Positions 1 to 13,821 of a stretch of DNA of 64,000 nucleotides are shown here, one piece after another (positions within the stretch are counted from its first letter, which is position 1; each line of letters starts with the position of its first letter). This stretch comes from Phoronis australis. Lineage: Eukaryota > Animalia > Phoronida. The DNA is taken from the NCBI GenBank assembly GCA_002633005.1, contig NMRA01000123.1, positions 464,364 to 528,363 of the forward strand. Reading direction: 5' to 3'. The notes under the pieces are model-generated. The model was not told the origin of the DNA. It searched no databases and saw only the letters and a list, made by a program, of their open reading frames with translations. A program made the translations under genes and the position numbers.

Positions 1-331
1 CCGTTTTTGCAGTTTAATTAGTAGCGCAATTATGTGCTTATAAACATTGAGCACTACAAAAATGGAAACTTATTTGTTAGCGACTTGTTTTGGCGATTGC
101 GAAATTAGCTGCCCTGACAGTCGTGCGATCTTTTGGCACGCACTGGCACGCGAAGTTAGGGAATGACGTTAGAAAACGACGTCCATTAGGTTATGTGGAT
201 TTGAATGTCGGCAACGGACCAGGCAAGTGTCGTTTGAAAGTTTTTACAAAACTTTGCGCAGGGTTTGTTAGCTTGATTCTGCGAGAGGGTCCCTAAGGTA
301 CAAAAACATCATGCTTCACTTATTAATAAAC

Positions 332-3300
332 TAGTACCCACGAGTCAATATACCACCTGGCCTACAACAAATTGCAGCAAAATGTGTTACAGACGTTTCA
401 TGCCTAACTGGAAATAATTGTACCCATTAACAGAAAAGGTCTACAAAAATATGACCACAGGAAATGGGTTGAAACTGGTTCATTTCCAAGATGGTCGCCA
501 CGACTTTTCGAAACAGCTAAAAACAGATATAACTTCTTCAATAATTGTGATAGAGACATAATTTTGGTTCTAGTCTACGGTTTCAAGAGCTGAGCAATCA
601 CTGGTGTGGGTAAAATTCAGATATAATCAGTATTTGATTTGAAATTCAAGAATAAAAAACCACCTTTATCCATATACCGGGTGGCCAAGAAAAAACGTTA
701 ACCTTTTTTGAAGAAAATTAATTGAAGTTGAACGAAATGTAGCACATTTGCGTATCGAACTATTTTCAGTACACGATAAAAGTTTACAATTGTACACTGT
801 ATTTTCGCTCCAGGATAGGAAAGATATTTGTGTAACTCAAAAAATCCATGCCAAATTAGTCTACATATTTATACAATGTGCCATCATCGAGGATGGTGAC
901 ACATCTCAATCAAAAACTCAGGTGTATGTTTTCAAGGGTTGTGTCATACAAACATTTTGTCAGTTAGGTGCTACATTTTGCAAAGTGAAGACGGTGTTGA
1001 GGAAGAGTTAATTGGGGTTAATGGCAACATGTTTTAACAAAGTCTTGACAGCGCTCTAATGGATTACAGCGTTTGGAATGCGTTGGCAGAGAATGTGTAC
1101 CAAGGTTTTGCAGACGGTATTATACTCAATAACATAAACTTGCAAAAGTTCTTCTTTACACTATCTGTCACTATCAAATGAACTGACCACCAGGTGCCAC
1201 TAAACTATTCATTCCTCAACATGACGTATGAGCGTATAGGCTACATCTCATCCATGAATGTTATGTTACTTACACATACTGTCTCAGTTCAATCCTCATC
1301 GCTGTCTTCAACTTCCTTATGGACTTGGTTTAGCAGACTGCTACATTCTCTCGCTCGGAGCAATCCACATGCAGATGTACATCCAAGCCCATTGTTTCTG
1401 CAACTGCAAGTGCCGTGCTTCATTCTCTGGTGCCGTTGTACTGTACCATCTTCAGGAGAGTGTCTGGTGCAGCATTCATGGCAGTCAGATGGGTACGAAT
1501 CAATTGTCTTCACGCCTCCGACCCCAGTCTAGAGGATCGAGGTCATTTGCCATCCCCATCCAAACCATGACCTGGTAAACCTGGTGGATTCTTCCGTTGG
1601 TGGAAAACATTCGGGAATAAAGACAGACTTAACAGCAGCAACTCTCTTGGTGAACATAATGTAATGCATGGCTGCCAGAGAAATGGTACTTGCCCCATCA
1701 AATATGACCTTTGCTTGGCTGCCAAGCTTCTCTATCTCAGCGCCGCTCACACCTGTCGCGGTGAATGTGTTTGTGTACGACTGGATGACTTGGTCATCTT
1801 TCACGAGCTTCTTGTTCTAAATTCCTTCCGACGCCATACATACAAGACGTTGAATGGCATCCTGTGGAAAAGTGCAGAAATTGTAGCTGGGTACATAACT
1901 TGATTCTGAACACACTGTACATTCAGTCTATGCCACATACTTTCATCATGCTTCTCGAATGGTTGTCTGATCTGAAAATTAGTGGTTTCCTGTCAGCCAT
2001 ACAGTAATGGAGCAGAATCATCGAACAGGTCAGTGCCCTCGCAGATTAGGGGTGGAATGCATAATTGTACTGTTTTCTGATGTGTTTGCAAAACACCCCC
2101 ATCAACTTCTACTTCTGCCTTAACGACTGTGCATCCCACTTTCTGCATCTGGTCACTTATTAAGACGATCAGCTTTTGTTTGTTACTGCCGAATTATAGG
2201 AATTCACTTGTCTGTCCGTCAAATTCGGTTTCTCCGGTGAAGTTCACAGTCCGATAGCTGTTGGACTGTTTGTGTCTCTGCACCATAGCAATCAAATACA
2301 ACATTGATTGCCTAATAGTGCTTTGCTGTGAAGTTAGCATACGCTTCGCATTTTTTTCCCTGCGTATCTCCCTTCTTCCATTTGAGCTTGTGCGGCAAGG
2401 ATGCCCATGAAGCAAATATCCTTCAATCTGGAGGTGTACTGAAGGTGTGGATTCTGGTGCTTCTTGGAAGAGTAGTCATAGACGGCTTGAACTAGCCGTC
2501 TTCATTATCAGTTTGTCCTGAAAAAGGGACGGTAGGTATGGATTGAGCTAAAAAATCATCACTTCTTCAAAAGACAAGTCACTCGACCGGGATACCACAT
2601 GAAGTCGCTAAAACAGCGAGTTAGGATCGATGGTTCTGTCAGGATTAACCAGGAAAGCAGCTGTGTTTCCCAGGGTCTAAGCTTTCTCTTTCCTCTTAAA
2701 CAAGGAAGAAAACACAAGTTTGTGTACCATTCTTTCATTTTTTGTTCATAACAGATTCATATTCATGGACATTGACGTTTGCGTTAGCGACAACACCATT
2801 GATGACATTGAGCAGCGTAGGATCTACGGAAAAGAGTGAAAATGTTGGCTTTATGCTTTTCTTGGCAAGGTTGCAGGCAACACTTGCTTCTTTGTTTTGT
2901 TCGCTTGTTGTGTACGTGAGGTCGTTCATTGAAATCCTTCAAGGCGATGTTCACCTCTGACGTAATGGGGGCCGACAATGTCCACAATGCTTACTGGGCC
3001 TCTGTCATCTTACTGCCATGAGTCGAGCCGCCTGCACGTTTTAGCGATCTCATCAGTGTTTGTACAATGTCTAAATCAAAGTTGAGGTCTAACCAAAACT
3101 GGTAGGGTCACTGAATCACATGGAAACCATTTTGGATCTTCGAATACACATCTGGATGTTTTCGCGCCAGATCAGCCATTTCGTACATGTATATGAAGAG
3201 GTAAGCGGACTTTAGGTAGTTGTGATGTCTAGCCTCGACAAATGTGGGCAAGGCATCACCAACAGCTTGCAAGCGATCATTCCAAGACCAGTGCGATCTG

Positions 3301-4018
3301 CCTTGATCATTGCCCAACAATAGAGAGCATCTTCTGTGCGAGGCCGTGAACCCTGTGATTGAGTACTCTCTGTGGGGCTCTTCAGTTTGATCTTGGCATT
3401 TTGCCCTGGGTTTCTAGTTTTCTTGAGTGTATTAATATAAAAGTCGCAAACAAATTCACACTAGGCCAATTTTGTGACTTTTATGACGTCAAAGCTTTGT
3501 ATTAAATATTTGACAGCTTCAATATAAATGCAATGTTCATAAAAATAATTCAGATTTCAGTCACATCTATATGTTTCAAGATCATTTAAATAAAGACCAG
3601 TAACATCTAATCTTGCTTTTGTTACAGGGGATAAGGTATTAAAGAATGGACAAATCAGGGAATTTTCTTTCTTAAAATTTAGCCGCCATCTTCAATTTCA
3701 GATCAAATACTGATAATATAGAAAATTTAACCACACCAATGAGTTGGTCACTCCTTAAAACCATAGACTAGAACTAACAATTATGTCTCCATCACAGTTA
3801 TTGAAGAAATTATCTGTTTTTAGTGATTTCGAAAACTCACGGCGGCCATCTTGGAAGTGGCCCGGTTTTAAACCATTATCGGTGGTCGGATTTCGGTAGA
3901 CTTTTTCTTACCAATAAGTATACCAAATAGGGCATACAATGTACACCCACTCTAAAACCTTTTATTGTAATTTGTTGTGGGTAGGGTGGGTATTGGTCAC
4001 AATTTTACTCGTCCATTA
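332..4018 (-). mobile_element. Decayed Academ-type DNA transposon with long (~300 bp) imperfect TIRs
   Basis: Sequence at ~340-650 is an inverted copy of ~3690-4015 (ccaagatggtcgcc vs ggcggccatcttgg; ttctagtctacggttt vs aaaccatagactagaa). Broken minus-strand peptides match Academ transposase motifs: HHNYLKSAYL..MADLARKHPDVYSKIQNGFHV, DIVQTLMRSLKRAGG, VDGG, FPPT..FGWGW and a C-terminal CSCRNNGLGCTSAC. Confidence 0.75.
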
Positions 4019-4290
4019 CGTGGTCCTCTCGCCTCTGCAAATGGACCTTGACTGTGCGGTAGACGATGACGTGATGGTGCTTTGTAAATAAGAATCTTCA
4101 CACATACCACACTGCAATTCTCAAAGAATGACTGTAAAGTTTGCATCAGTTATTGTCATAAACCCATAAATGCAAGTAACCCAGATAACACAAGCAAATG
4201 TCCAGCGCTAACAATACCTCGTGTACATTTTCCGCCTTCGACAATATGCAGAACGCATGCATAACAAACTAATTTTCTTCCATTCACCAG

Positions 4291-4458
4291 AAGACCGTAC
4301 TGAACCGTTCTATTTGACATCTGTACCAGAGCCAAGGGTGAAAATAAGGATTTTCACACGAACGCACGAGGGCCACGATGGACGTTAAACATGTGATACA
4401 TATTCAGGGGATGCAATCGAACATTTATTAGACGCCTTGGAAAACTTATCGCCTAGAT
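4291..4458 (+). pseudogene. Ig C-terminal half pseudo-exon (plus strand)
   Basis: ttttcttccattcaccag| acceptor, then phase-1 EDRTEPFYLTSVPEPRVKIRIFTRTHEGHDGR*TCD. This is the DxGxYxC motif with the Tyr position occupied by TAA (4386-4388). Confidence 0.4.
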
Positions 4459-4527
4459 GAACGTTTAGCTGAGAGATTGAAACTTGCCACTCTAGAAAAG
4501 ACGCCACCAACAAGAATTGCTACTACC

Positions 4528-4760
4528 TGCAGTTCAGTGACGCAAGCAACTTAATGCAGACTAGTATGGTACTGTAGGTATTTTTTGCGAGGCAAATTTT
4601 TTTGCGGTGTATGATTTCTTGTGGGTATGGTGAGAAGAATACCTCTCCTGTGGTAAATTTATGCTCTGCTCTTCGTGTTTAAGGCTCTCATTAACTAAGC
4701 TCTCGTGGCTAGTGTAGCCAGAATTATTCAACATGAGAAGGTGTGATAAACACGAAATCT
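4528..4760 (-). pseudogene. Decayed L1-type Ig exon remnant
   Basis: One frame with several stops reads KFTTGEVFFSPYPQEIIHRKKICLAKNTYST, resembling Ig E/F/G strands (CxAxNxxG-like). Confidence 0.35.
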
Positions 4761-4918
4761 TTGGCCACCGGAGAGGATCAAAATGAGTGGAAATGCAATC
4801 GAAGGCACTTTGGAAACGATAAATTAAATGGGTTTCGGCCGAGGAATGATCACATTGTGGTGTGCAGGGGAGTATGACCTCGTTTGCCCTGGTTATTCCC
4901 CTGATATTGCCAACGTAC

Positions 4919-5137
4919 CTGGAGGTGCTCTGTTGTCGTACACAGTACAACACGAGTTGTCTACCAGCTCGTAGTCAACTCCCTCTGGCACCACGGTGCA
5001 GATTCTGCTCGCATAGTCAAACTGAGAGACAACACAATTCATCGTGAAGCACCTCTCATTACACTCAAAGTCTGATGACGTGCTGAAAGTTGTGGCGCCG
5101 GACGACTGGATAGCTTTGTTTGGAATTCTTCTTACAT
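4919..5137 (-). CDS. Exon: PAN/apple-like module 6 (73 codons, phase 1-1)
   Basis: ccttta-aag|AT GTA AGA...CCA G|gtacgt; open frame; C-x3-C-x4-C-x11-C-x15-CC. Confidence 0.85.
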
Positions 5138-5390
5138 CTTTAAAGGAAGGAGAGTGCAAGTGCTAATGATGAAAATGTGCGCGCGATTGGAAATAAAAGG
5201 AATGCAGAATATTAGAGTATTTCGTGCAAGCATATACTGTTGTGCACGAACCGCCAACTCCATTTTTCTTCAATGGACGAAATCTGATCTAAGGCATAAG
5301 CCGTGATGTCATTTTTAACTATGCCAAAATATTTTTTCGTTTTATCAGACAGTAAAAAAATGTAAGACTTTCCCGTCACAATACACTAAC

Positions 5391-5609
5391 CAGAAGCTGA
5401 GTTTGCTATGCAATAAAATATTGGAGTTGTGAATCTGTCGTCTATAATCTACACGTTTAATGCAAAGTGATCAGCGATTTTGTTTCCAGACGTTAATATT
5501 TCAATGCCCCTTGACCATACCATCTTATCAAATCTTCCTTACAATGAAAACGCATAGATCTCCGTCAAAGACAATTACAAAACTATAGCGCAGCCGGTTG
5601 TCTCACAAC
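5391..5609 (-). pseudogene. Decayed Ig exon inside PAN-PAN intron
   Basis: AG/GT-bounded 219 nt with 3 in-frame stops. Retains VWSRGIEILTSG (C strand) and FYCIANSASG (F strand). Confidence 0.45.
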
Positions 5610-5713
5610 CTACATGTACGTGAACGGATTGGTGGGTTGTATTGCAGTTTTCAATTACCTATCATTATTGTTTTGTGATTAACAACAAGCCCCACCGGAA
5701 TTTCCCAAATCAC

Positions 5714-5950
5714 CTGGAAGAGGCTCGTCCTCTTTTTCGTAGTATACACAGCAACCGTCCTCCCCGTCATCAATCGACTGGTAATCCACGCCAGGTGGCA
5801 CTATAGTACACTCCATCGTGGTTCTGTCCCACTGAGCTGCCTCGCATGGCCTCTCAGAACAAGCCTTGTAACACGCTTCTTCAGTTTCCGTTGTTAATGT
5901 TGTTGTCGCCCCAGAACTCAATATGCGCTGATTATTCTTCCTGGTCATAC
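5714..5950 (-). CDS. Exon: PAN/apple-like module 5 (79 codons, phase 1-1)
   Basis: tctcatcatgcag|GT ATG...CCA G|gtgatt; CYKACSERPCEAAQWDRTTMEC...DGCC. Confidence 0.85.
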
Positions 5951-6140
5951 CTGCATGATGAGAACAAGTGGTGTTTTGCATTTAAATTTAAAACCGCTAG
6001 AGTGCGTTCCACCAGGGAAGTAATGTTTTTATTCACACTACTTACCGCTTAAAACTAAACTTGGTCTCAATTCATTCCTTACTAATTTGAGATTCAGTGA
6101 TTACTGGGTTTCCAAGAACTGATAAATTGCTATTTTTGAG

Positions 6141-6320
6141 ACTCTTCTCAGCGTGACAAAGCCACCATTGACATTCCACAATTGCATAGGTTGACCTCCA
6201 ACAATAGCGAAATGTCAATTGTTTCAAAGGGGTCTTGAAATATATATTTCTCCAGTTTGGCTAAGGAAAACTTTGTGGAGAATTGCACAACGGCCAATGA
6301 AATAAACTGAATTAACGATG
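6141..6320 (+). pseudogene. Decayed L1/contactin Ig2-like remnant (plus strand)
   Basis: Reads IVSKGS*NIYFSSLAKENFVENCTTANEI, matching G-N-L-Y-F-S-x-V...C-x-x-x-N with the Gly position occupied by TGA. Confidence 0.4.
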
Positions 6321-8255
6321 GAAGAATAGAGAACGTCTGATAAGGTCCTCCACACGAAGCAGACATTTTCGGCCTTTCGTACTCATTCTTCGCTTGTGAA
6401 CAGAAATCTTAAGTTTAGTCGGGCAGATTTCTCCGCACGTTTGTTCTAGCAAAACTTGAAACACGGACAAATTCTTCTTGAGCAGTTAATTAAAATATAT
6501 TTACTTTGCAAACCATATGCAGCTCAGAAAAATGGAGTGTTGAGGTCTTTGAATTTCGTGGATTCTTGTGCAGCTTGAGATAATGGGATGTTTTCCATAG
6601 TGCCACATAAAGTGCTACAGATGTAGGCCAGGCAATTGCAGCTGCACGCTCAAGACTCGACCCTGCCTTTAGCACGCCATGCTCCTCTTGCAGACNACTG
6701 GTTTGCTTGCGTGCGGACCAATATACGCCTAATTCACGCTGACAGGAAGCGCTCTCCAAAACTACATGTAGGCTCACTACTATAGCTCCCTTAATTGGCT
6801 AGTAGACATTGTTTTATTCTGCTGTGCCCGAACAGCGATAGAAAAATACGGACATTCATCTGTCTTATTTTAAAATTCCTAAAGACGTTGAGAATCGGAA
6901 GGGTTTGGCCGTTGCCATACGCAGCGACGAAGGAAATATTTCAGGGTACTTTTATAAATGTTTTCGGTAGTTTGATCACATTTTGTTGCATCTCTGTTGC
7001 CGACAGCATCATAGGAATGGCCCGTTTTCGGCCAGCCTGGCTGCGGTTTCATTACTTCGAGTTGAAACATAATGAATTTTTTTCCAAAAAGGACAGGGCC
7101 CGCCATCCCTTGATTTTGGAGCCGAATATCGGGCCTTTTCCCTCTCAAAATTAGAAAAAAACTTGCAAAATTCCCCCACAAGGTCTAAAAATTCCTTTAA
7201 AGTGATTGAAACGTTCCCCTCGAATTTCAAATCACTTGTAACCACGCAGGTGACAATTTGAAAGAGCATAAAATGCTACTTGAGGCAGATCCTGTCAGTG
7301 AGAGCTTGCAACAGGGTGGGAGCACTGTTGTCGCTGATGGGGAGGTAGAATTTCCCCATCACTTGGCGAAAAACTTCCCTGTCAGATGGCACAGGCATCT
7401 TTCCCCTTCGATAAACGAGGCCCCTGAATGAACGCGATGACTATGATTGCTCTACCCAGTTTATTGAAATTAAGCTCCAAAACGAGATGAGTTATATTTT
7501 AGGTTATGCTTTGGACAAACGAACCAGATGTTTTAATTTAAATAGGCCCAGATTGATATTTGAAAGCTGACACATTAAATAAATGTAAGAATTATAAGAG
7601 CCAAGACAGCAGAACTGATGGTCAAATATTATTTGCCTCAATTGGCAGCCTGGTTTTTATTTAAATAAAAAATAATTTTAATAGCAACAATCATTCTTGC
7701 AGATCAATATCAAATCAACTGTCGCGGTAGTGCCTACCTCACTACTAGAACTTAGGTTATGCTTAATATTAATATTCCTGATCAATAAATTAAATCAGAT
7801 ATGACTTGCACTAGACAGTAAAATGCAAAGAGCCGCCACTTTCATATCTTCAACTCGTAAAAAATACGAGCAGATTAACCTGCTTTGTGTATAAACCATT
7901 TTACAACAATTTACAAGAAGAACCAAACCCTGCATTCAGCATACATTTACATGTTTACCTGATCCGTAACACTGACGATCGCTGCAAGTTGATCATATTA
8001 TTTAATTTTCATGTTTCGAACGTAGTTTTCCGAAAAAACTTACCCTTTCGCCAGACAACTCTTTGGTGCATTGGCGTCCTCACTGTTGTATTTTCAACGT
8101 CTCCGTGGTTAATTATTGACACATTTTAAAGATTAATTTGACTAGAAAGACCAGCCATACAACTCACGGAATGTCAGCTTCCGCTTTGTTTATCACAATG
8201 ACCCTCGCTTTGGATTTTTATGTCTGCTTGAATAGCTCCTGACTTATTTCCTTAC

Positions 8256-8530
8256 CTGTCTAATGCACAAAATGGGAACATCTGTATAAATATATGTATC
8301 TAATAATAAAATACCATTGGGAACACCTGTGTCCGTTACGGATAGTAAACCAATGCTGTCTTTGAAGAAGAGTATACCAGAGACAACACATCAAGCAGAC
8401 ATTCCAGGTTAATCCCACCTAAATGTATATAACAAAAAATTGACCCATCATGACCTGTCCACAGAATTTGGATGGGTTCACCTATTGAAAAAGGTACTCG
8501 TCTACGCATTACATGCATATGTGGGTCTAG
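8256..8530 (-). pseudogene. Decayed Ig exon remnant
   Basis: ttcctag| acceptor and gtaagg donor. Frameshifted peptides SIGEPIQILW and SGILFFKD...SVTDTGV. Confidence 0.35.
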
Positions 8531-8884
8531 GAAGGCCAATTCGTATTTAATGTAACTTTATATACCTACACATTAGCACATACCCGTTTAACTCACAATA
8601 TTCATTCTGCGTTATATAGAACTTTAGATTATAGATCTCCGAAGATGTGCTCCGAATTGGATTATAATTGGACTAACACTATCCTAGAAAACATGTTGCT
8701 TGGCGTTTTGAACACATTAGAGAAAAGAAGTTCTTCTCCAAACGCATTTCAAAACCATTTAAAATGTCACTAATCAGAAAAATGCAATGCTTACTATTTC
8801 CAATTATACATGTACATGTACATTGTTTTCACATATCATGACAGCAACTGATGGACTTAAATTTATGGCCGCTTGGAAAACTAC

Positions 8885-9103
8885 CTGGAACGTCTATATA
8901 CACTTCACAACAATCCCATATGCCTCCTGTCGGTACAATGTCTTCGCCGAAGTCTACAAGTGAGCACCTTCCATCAGTTGTATTGTACACGGCCGTTTTG
9001 CATGACCTAGCTTGACACATCTCTGCACATTCGTATCCCGATGACGTCATTATTGTCGTGTTTTTACTTGTGAACGCTGTGCTGGTCTCATTCCTGCGGA
9101 TGC
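8885..9103 (-). CDS. Exon: PAN/apple-like module 4 (73 codons, phase 1-1)
   Basis: tatcttctag|GC ATC...CCA G|gtagtt; CAEMCQARSCKTAVYNTTDGRC...WDCC. Confidence 0.85.
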
Positions 9104-10597
9104 CTAGAAGATAGTCCTGTGACAAATTTCTACGCAAAGCTTAGGTTAACGTCAAGTCGTTGTATACTGATAAAAGTTTGCTTGCTACAGGTCTACCGTT
9201 CCTCAGATCCACGTTCAGAGCACGATGTAGGGGCTAATTTGGTTAACGACCCTATATTTCGACTGCGTTATTATATTCAACAGGAGTGAAATGTACGTGC
9301 AACTATAATCCGGTGTCGTGGCCCTCAACTGGATTGCCATACCTTAGCATACGCCTAACAAACTGTTTCGACTACTATATGATCTGTATTTTTCCAGTTC
9401 TTCATAATCACATGTTGGAACCGAGAATGTAACTTAACTAGTCTTGGTAGGGCAGGAAAACTGAGAGTTGGTGTCAACTCCTTGCACTGAACGTAAAATT
9501 TGCAAGCTTTCTGAACGCATTTAGAGGAATATGTTGTCCCCAAGCAAATTTTTCGCTTAGCACGTTGCACCTGCAGTAGACTAAATGAAATGCTGTAGTG
9601 GCGACTGCTGTACTAAACGTGCGAGACTTGGAAATGCTGGCTGTTACTACGAAATCGCTGCTGATCACGTCATAGACGCACTGATAATTCAGATAAATAG
9701 TACCCAAAATGGAAATATCCTTATATGAAGATAGCGACCTCATGTCTGATAAATGTAGATCCCTTAAGATTCCAGATACTGCCTGTAGCTGTTCATATAA
9801 CAATATCCACAGTCTTAAAGTAAAAGTTTCAAGTCCGTGCAGTCGCAGCACGGAAGCTAACGCTACATGTACATGTATTTCAATATACTGCGGACTGCAC
9901 CCTATGCGATCATAGCGAGTGTCCTGCATACGAGTCCACGTTCAAGAAATGGGACAACACCCATCACTGGCCACATGTTTGACAGAGCCTCAACCCAAAC
10001 AGTCCACCAGATATACCAAAACGTACAAGAAATATCTTGGTGTGTTGAGGACACTTGAGCCTACACTTATTGAGCAGTGATTGGCTTTCCTCACCACCCT
10101 TTCCAAACACCGTAACTCCGTTCAAGAGTCTATATTAAAATACAAGCGGTTATATGCATGTAACGGCTTGCATTTTCATAAACTCTTGAATGGAATTATG
10201 GCGTGCGGAACGGGTGTCCTGAAAGTGATCGAATCTGATACATGTACATTTGGACTACGAAAACGGAAACAAAGGTTGTCATCTGGGGTTTCAAGTAGCA
10301 GAAACTTAAAACACATCAGTCTCCTTGAATATGGTCAATCAAAGACAACTCCGCCATTATTTTGGGACTAAAAATGACATGTGAACAGAACAGAGAACAA
10401 TAATTTGGCGAAAGATAAAACATCCCATACATGCAAAACACATCGTCCTGTTGAGAAAGAGTTGAACGTTGCAGAGGGCAATCGTTAACGCAGAACGAGT
10501 TGAAGTAATCAAATTACGCATAAATAAGACAGAGCAATAAATTGTGACCGCACCAGAAGTGGCTATCGGCACCGAACGAATGCAAATGAACGCTAAC

Positions 10598-10822
10598 CAG
10601 AAAACGGGTAGTTCGACTTCACGTAGGTGTCACAACATCCCGAGTCAGTGACGGTTTGCCCACGCTCGTCGAAAATACGACATTCGAGAGTCAAATGGTT
10701 TCGCTCCGCCATCCTGCATTGGCTGTTCTGAGCGCACGCTTCGGCGCACTCGTATGTAATGGGCAAGATCTTGCTCTGAATTGGCGTGCCAGAAACCTTC
10801 GTTTTACGCTTTCTTTCGACAC
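10598..10822 (-). CDS. Exon: PAN/apple-like module 3 (75 codons, phase 1-1)
   Basis: tttcattatttcttcag|GT GTC...TCT G|gttagc; CAEACAQNSQCRMAERNHLTLEC...SGCC. Confidence 0.85.
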
Positions 10823-11196
10823 CTGAAGAAATAATGAAAGGACAATAGAACATACCTATAGGCCATGAGGTTGACATAGCACTCCCATCGTGTCAGGTAG
10901 AAAATGCTAGATATAAGTGTATCGACAGGCCTTTGGTGCTTAAATAATCACCGCATTTTAAGCCACGCATGTATTATAAAAACATGTGTTCACGGCCTCC
11001 TATTAGAATATTTTTGAACAAGCGCTGTTCCGCAAACCAATCATCACAATACGGGATGTTAAGAAGGTGCAGAACTACTTCAATATTTCAGCATCAATTT
11101 GGGTTGTTGTGGGTGCATTTTCAAAGAGTAATTACATGTAATTCATGCATTCAGGTGAGTTATTACTTGCACAAACAGAACTATGCCTATTTCTAG

Positions 11197-11470
11197 GAGA
11201 TACAGAGGCAGTGGTGAGCAAATTATCTGCCATCAGTTGTTCTGAAGAACATATAATCCTACAGTCAAGTCTGGTCTACAAGTTTAGCGCCACACGACCA
11301 CGACACGTTTTAACAGAGAGTGTGCAAACGACGGAAGCTCAGCAGCTGCAAATGCAGCCAAATTTGACAGTGAGCAAGATAGTGAATGATGATCAGGTAA
11401 AACGTATACATGTACTGGGGGAAGTCTCAAACATGCCTCTTACCGTTAACATCCATTACAAACAATGTAA
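11197..11470 (+). pseudogene. Frameshifted Ig pseudo-exon (plus strand)
   Basis: ctatttctag| phase-1 acceptor. DTEAVVSKLSAISCS...QPNLTVSKIVNDDQ, then a frameshift to YTCTGEVSN. Confidence 0.45.
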
Positions 11471-11899
11471 GAACCACTGAATATTTTTTAATTAAAGCCT
11501 AAGAATGTTTCTTACAGCTGAGACAATGGGCGGGGTAATACTTTCTGCAGGGAAATTACTTGACTTTGCACACTTTGTAAAAAATCTGCTTCCAATCCTG
11601 TGTGCACAATGTTGATCTTGTTTCATAAAAATGTGTACACTCAATTTAATAATCATCAACACAATTTCCATTCACTCCACACAGTCTTATTATTTTGTAA
11701 ACTTGTCATTAGCTGACACAGAACAAAATGATTGCTGAAATGATATGATAGAAGTTCTTGAACTTTGAAAGCTTTGGAATACGTTGTTACATGTACACCT
11801 GTGCTCGGGATCATGTAGCAATGTCTTTCAGTGTTCCTAATGGACAAATGCGCTTATACCGTACAGTGTGAAACACTCAAATAACAATTTTTGTTGACA

Positions 11900-12160
11900 A
11901 GCACGGTCTTCGACGTGCCTCAACTGAAGATTACACGCATCATCTCGTCAGACTGGTTGTACACAGTTATCCAGTTTCGTTGTAGGTACATGTAGATGGT
12001 TTTAGGGGTTTCAGTGTGACCGTATTTGTTGTCCACTCGACACCTACTGTCATTGCCAAGTTCTTGATAGGAAATTACACCCCGTAAACGCCGACGTACT
12101 GTCTCCAGTAACTAATTTCGGGCGCTCTTGGTGGTGGTGAGAAATTTTTTGGGATACAGC
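11900..12160 (-). pseudogene. Decayed Ig exon remnant
   Basis: SPPPRAPEISYW in one frame and QELGNDSRCRVDNKYGH (CxVxNxxG) in another. Confidence 0.45.
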
Positions 12161-13385
12161 AAGTCGCAGTTGATATGAGCTGTTGGCGATGGTCATTTGC
12201 AATCAACAATCACAAAAGGAACTCAAGTACATGTAGATTTCCTAGCTTGTCACCACCTAATAGGATTTTTGCAACACTGATGGTTCTTTCTGTTCTTGTT
12301 TTAAGTTCATTACTTTATCAGGTTTTAGCTTTGATAAACAGCAAGATTAAACGGAGCTTTTCACATAGTGCTTCTGACTGAATACATATGTACATATTGA
12401 TTTCCCTTGAAATAATAACATTTTTCAGATGTTTTAAAAAAAACGCTAGTAGTGAGAGAAGAGTTTATAACGAAGATATATCGACAGGAAGACAAAACAC
12501 GCTAAGGTAAAAAAAAGATACAAATTCGCCAAATATTTAGGGAACTGAGTTTCATGTATCCGGGCCCTGGTGATCTAAAATTCTAAGCAACTGATTTAGG
12601 TATTCGTAGTAGAATATAATCCATACATTGCTCCCTAGGACACCGGTAGAGTTCATAGGCAGCGAGGATCACAGGCCAGCACTCACACGATGACATTTCT
12701 GTAGCTGCGTACACTTCTGCATTTGCAATTCTGTCCCACTGCGAGACCAATAGAAGAGGATTGTACCTCAGTATACGTTATTATGCAGCAATTTATGATT
12801 AAAAATTTGACGTATTTGAATTTGAAGGTAAGTTAATTTCATTGATCTTTCAATGAACAAAATTGACAATAAGTACGCAAACACTTTCTGTATCAAATAA
12901 CTAAACCATCACAAATGCTAAAACGAGTGCAGGAGATCTGATGACTTTACGTTGCATCAGACGTGCTTAGGCCTCTTGGCTGGACCCATTGCTCTACACA
13001 CCTCAGCTAAAGCACAAGAGTCCCGTTATGGGTCAACAGGTTCTCTCTCATGTAACAAAACGGACAGAATTTTCCATTTGTTGTCATGCACTATACTGTA
13101 TGACGTAGGCTTGTAATAGTGCAACTCACTAGGTTGCTACTTAGCCTCTAAAAAGATGGGCAAGGCTACCAGCTGTTTAGGGGTTTCAACGTCATTACCA
13201 CACTCCGAACCCGCTTGGCTGCCCGCGTGCCCAACAGTGATGCGTTTATAGTGGCCCGTCAAAATTTGGACGATGTTTCTTATGCCCAATCTATTAAGAT
13301 ACAGACGGTTTTCTGAACATTATGGAACTGACCACGTGGGGATAAATCTTCTTGGTTTCTCACCGATGCCCACTGAGCTGCTCAC

Positions 13386-13664
13386 CGGGTTTGTACGAAG
13401 TTGCATATACTCATCCTATAGCAGTTGAAGGACATCAGGATAACAGGTTCAGGTATACAATGCAAAACGTCAATTAGCTCCTATCTTTGCGGGTCTGAAT
13501 TTTGTTGCCCTCGATTCCCACATGGGCCCTGACCCTATTTTTATTGACGACTCTTTCAATTGCAAGCTTGATTAGCTCATTACTGCAAGCACCAACACAA
13601 GAAGTGTGTGGACCTTGGCTTCACCAATGCTAGCAACAACATCGCTTTCGAAAATAGTTAAAAT
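13386..13664 (-). pseudogene. Decayed Ig exon remnant
   Basis: aatgcag| ... |gtgagc. DVVASIGEAKVHT(fs)SC and KDRS*LTF resemble the intact exon's DDRSVLTI. Confidence 0.35.
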
Positions 13665-13821
13665 CTGCATTTAGATATTGTTTGGTATCTGGAAAATACA
13701 TGTATAAGTACATTGATCACATCAAAGAAGCCATGAAAAAATCTTCAAGAGGTGGTATATACACTGTAGGTTTTCAGAGGTTCAAGTGTTTGAAGGTCTA
13801 TTTTGTCTATCTTATCAGCAG

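Noticed and set aside
674-1120. Mariner-like end TACCGGGTGGCC inside the Academ element
   Set aside because: No convincing matching inverted end was found.
6696-6696. Single N base
   Set aside because: This is an assembly ambiguity, not biology. It is a reminder that some single-base frameshifts could be assembly errors.
12600-12780. SQWDR-like stretch resembling a PAN exon
   Set aside because: No frame preserves the Cys spacing, and the splice phases are inconsistent.
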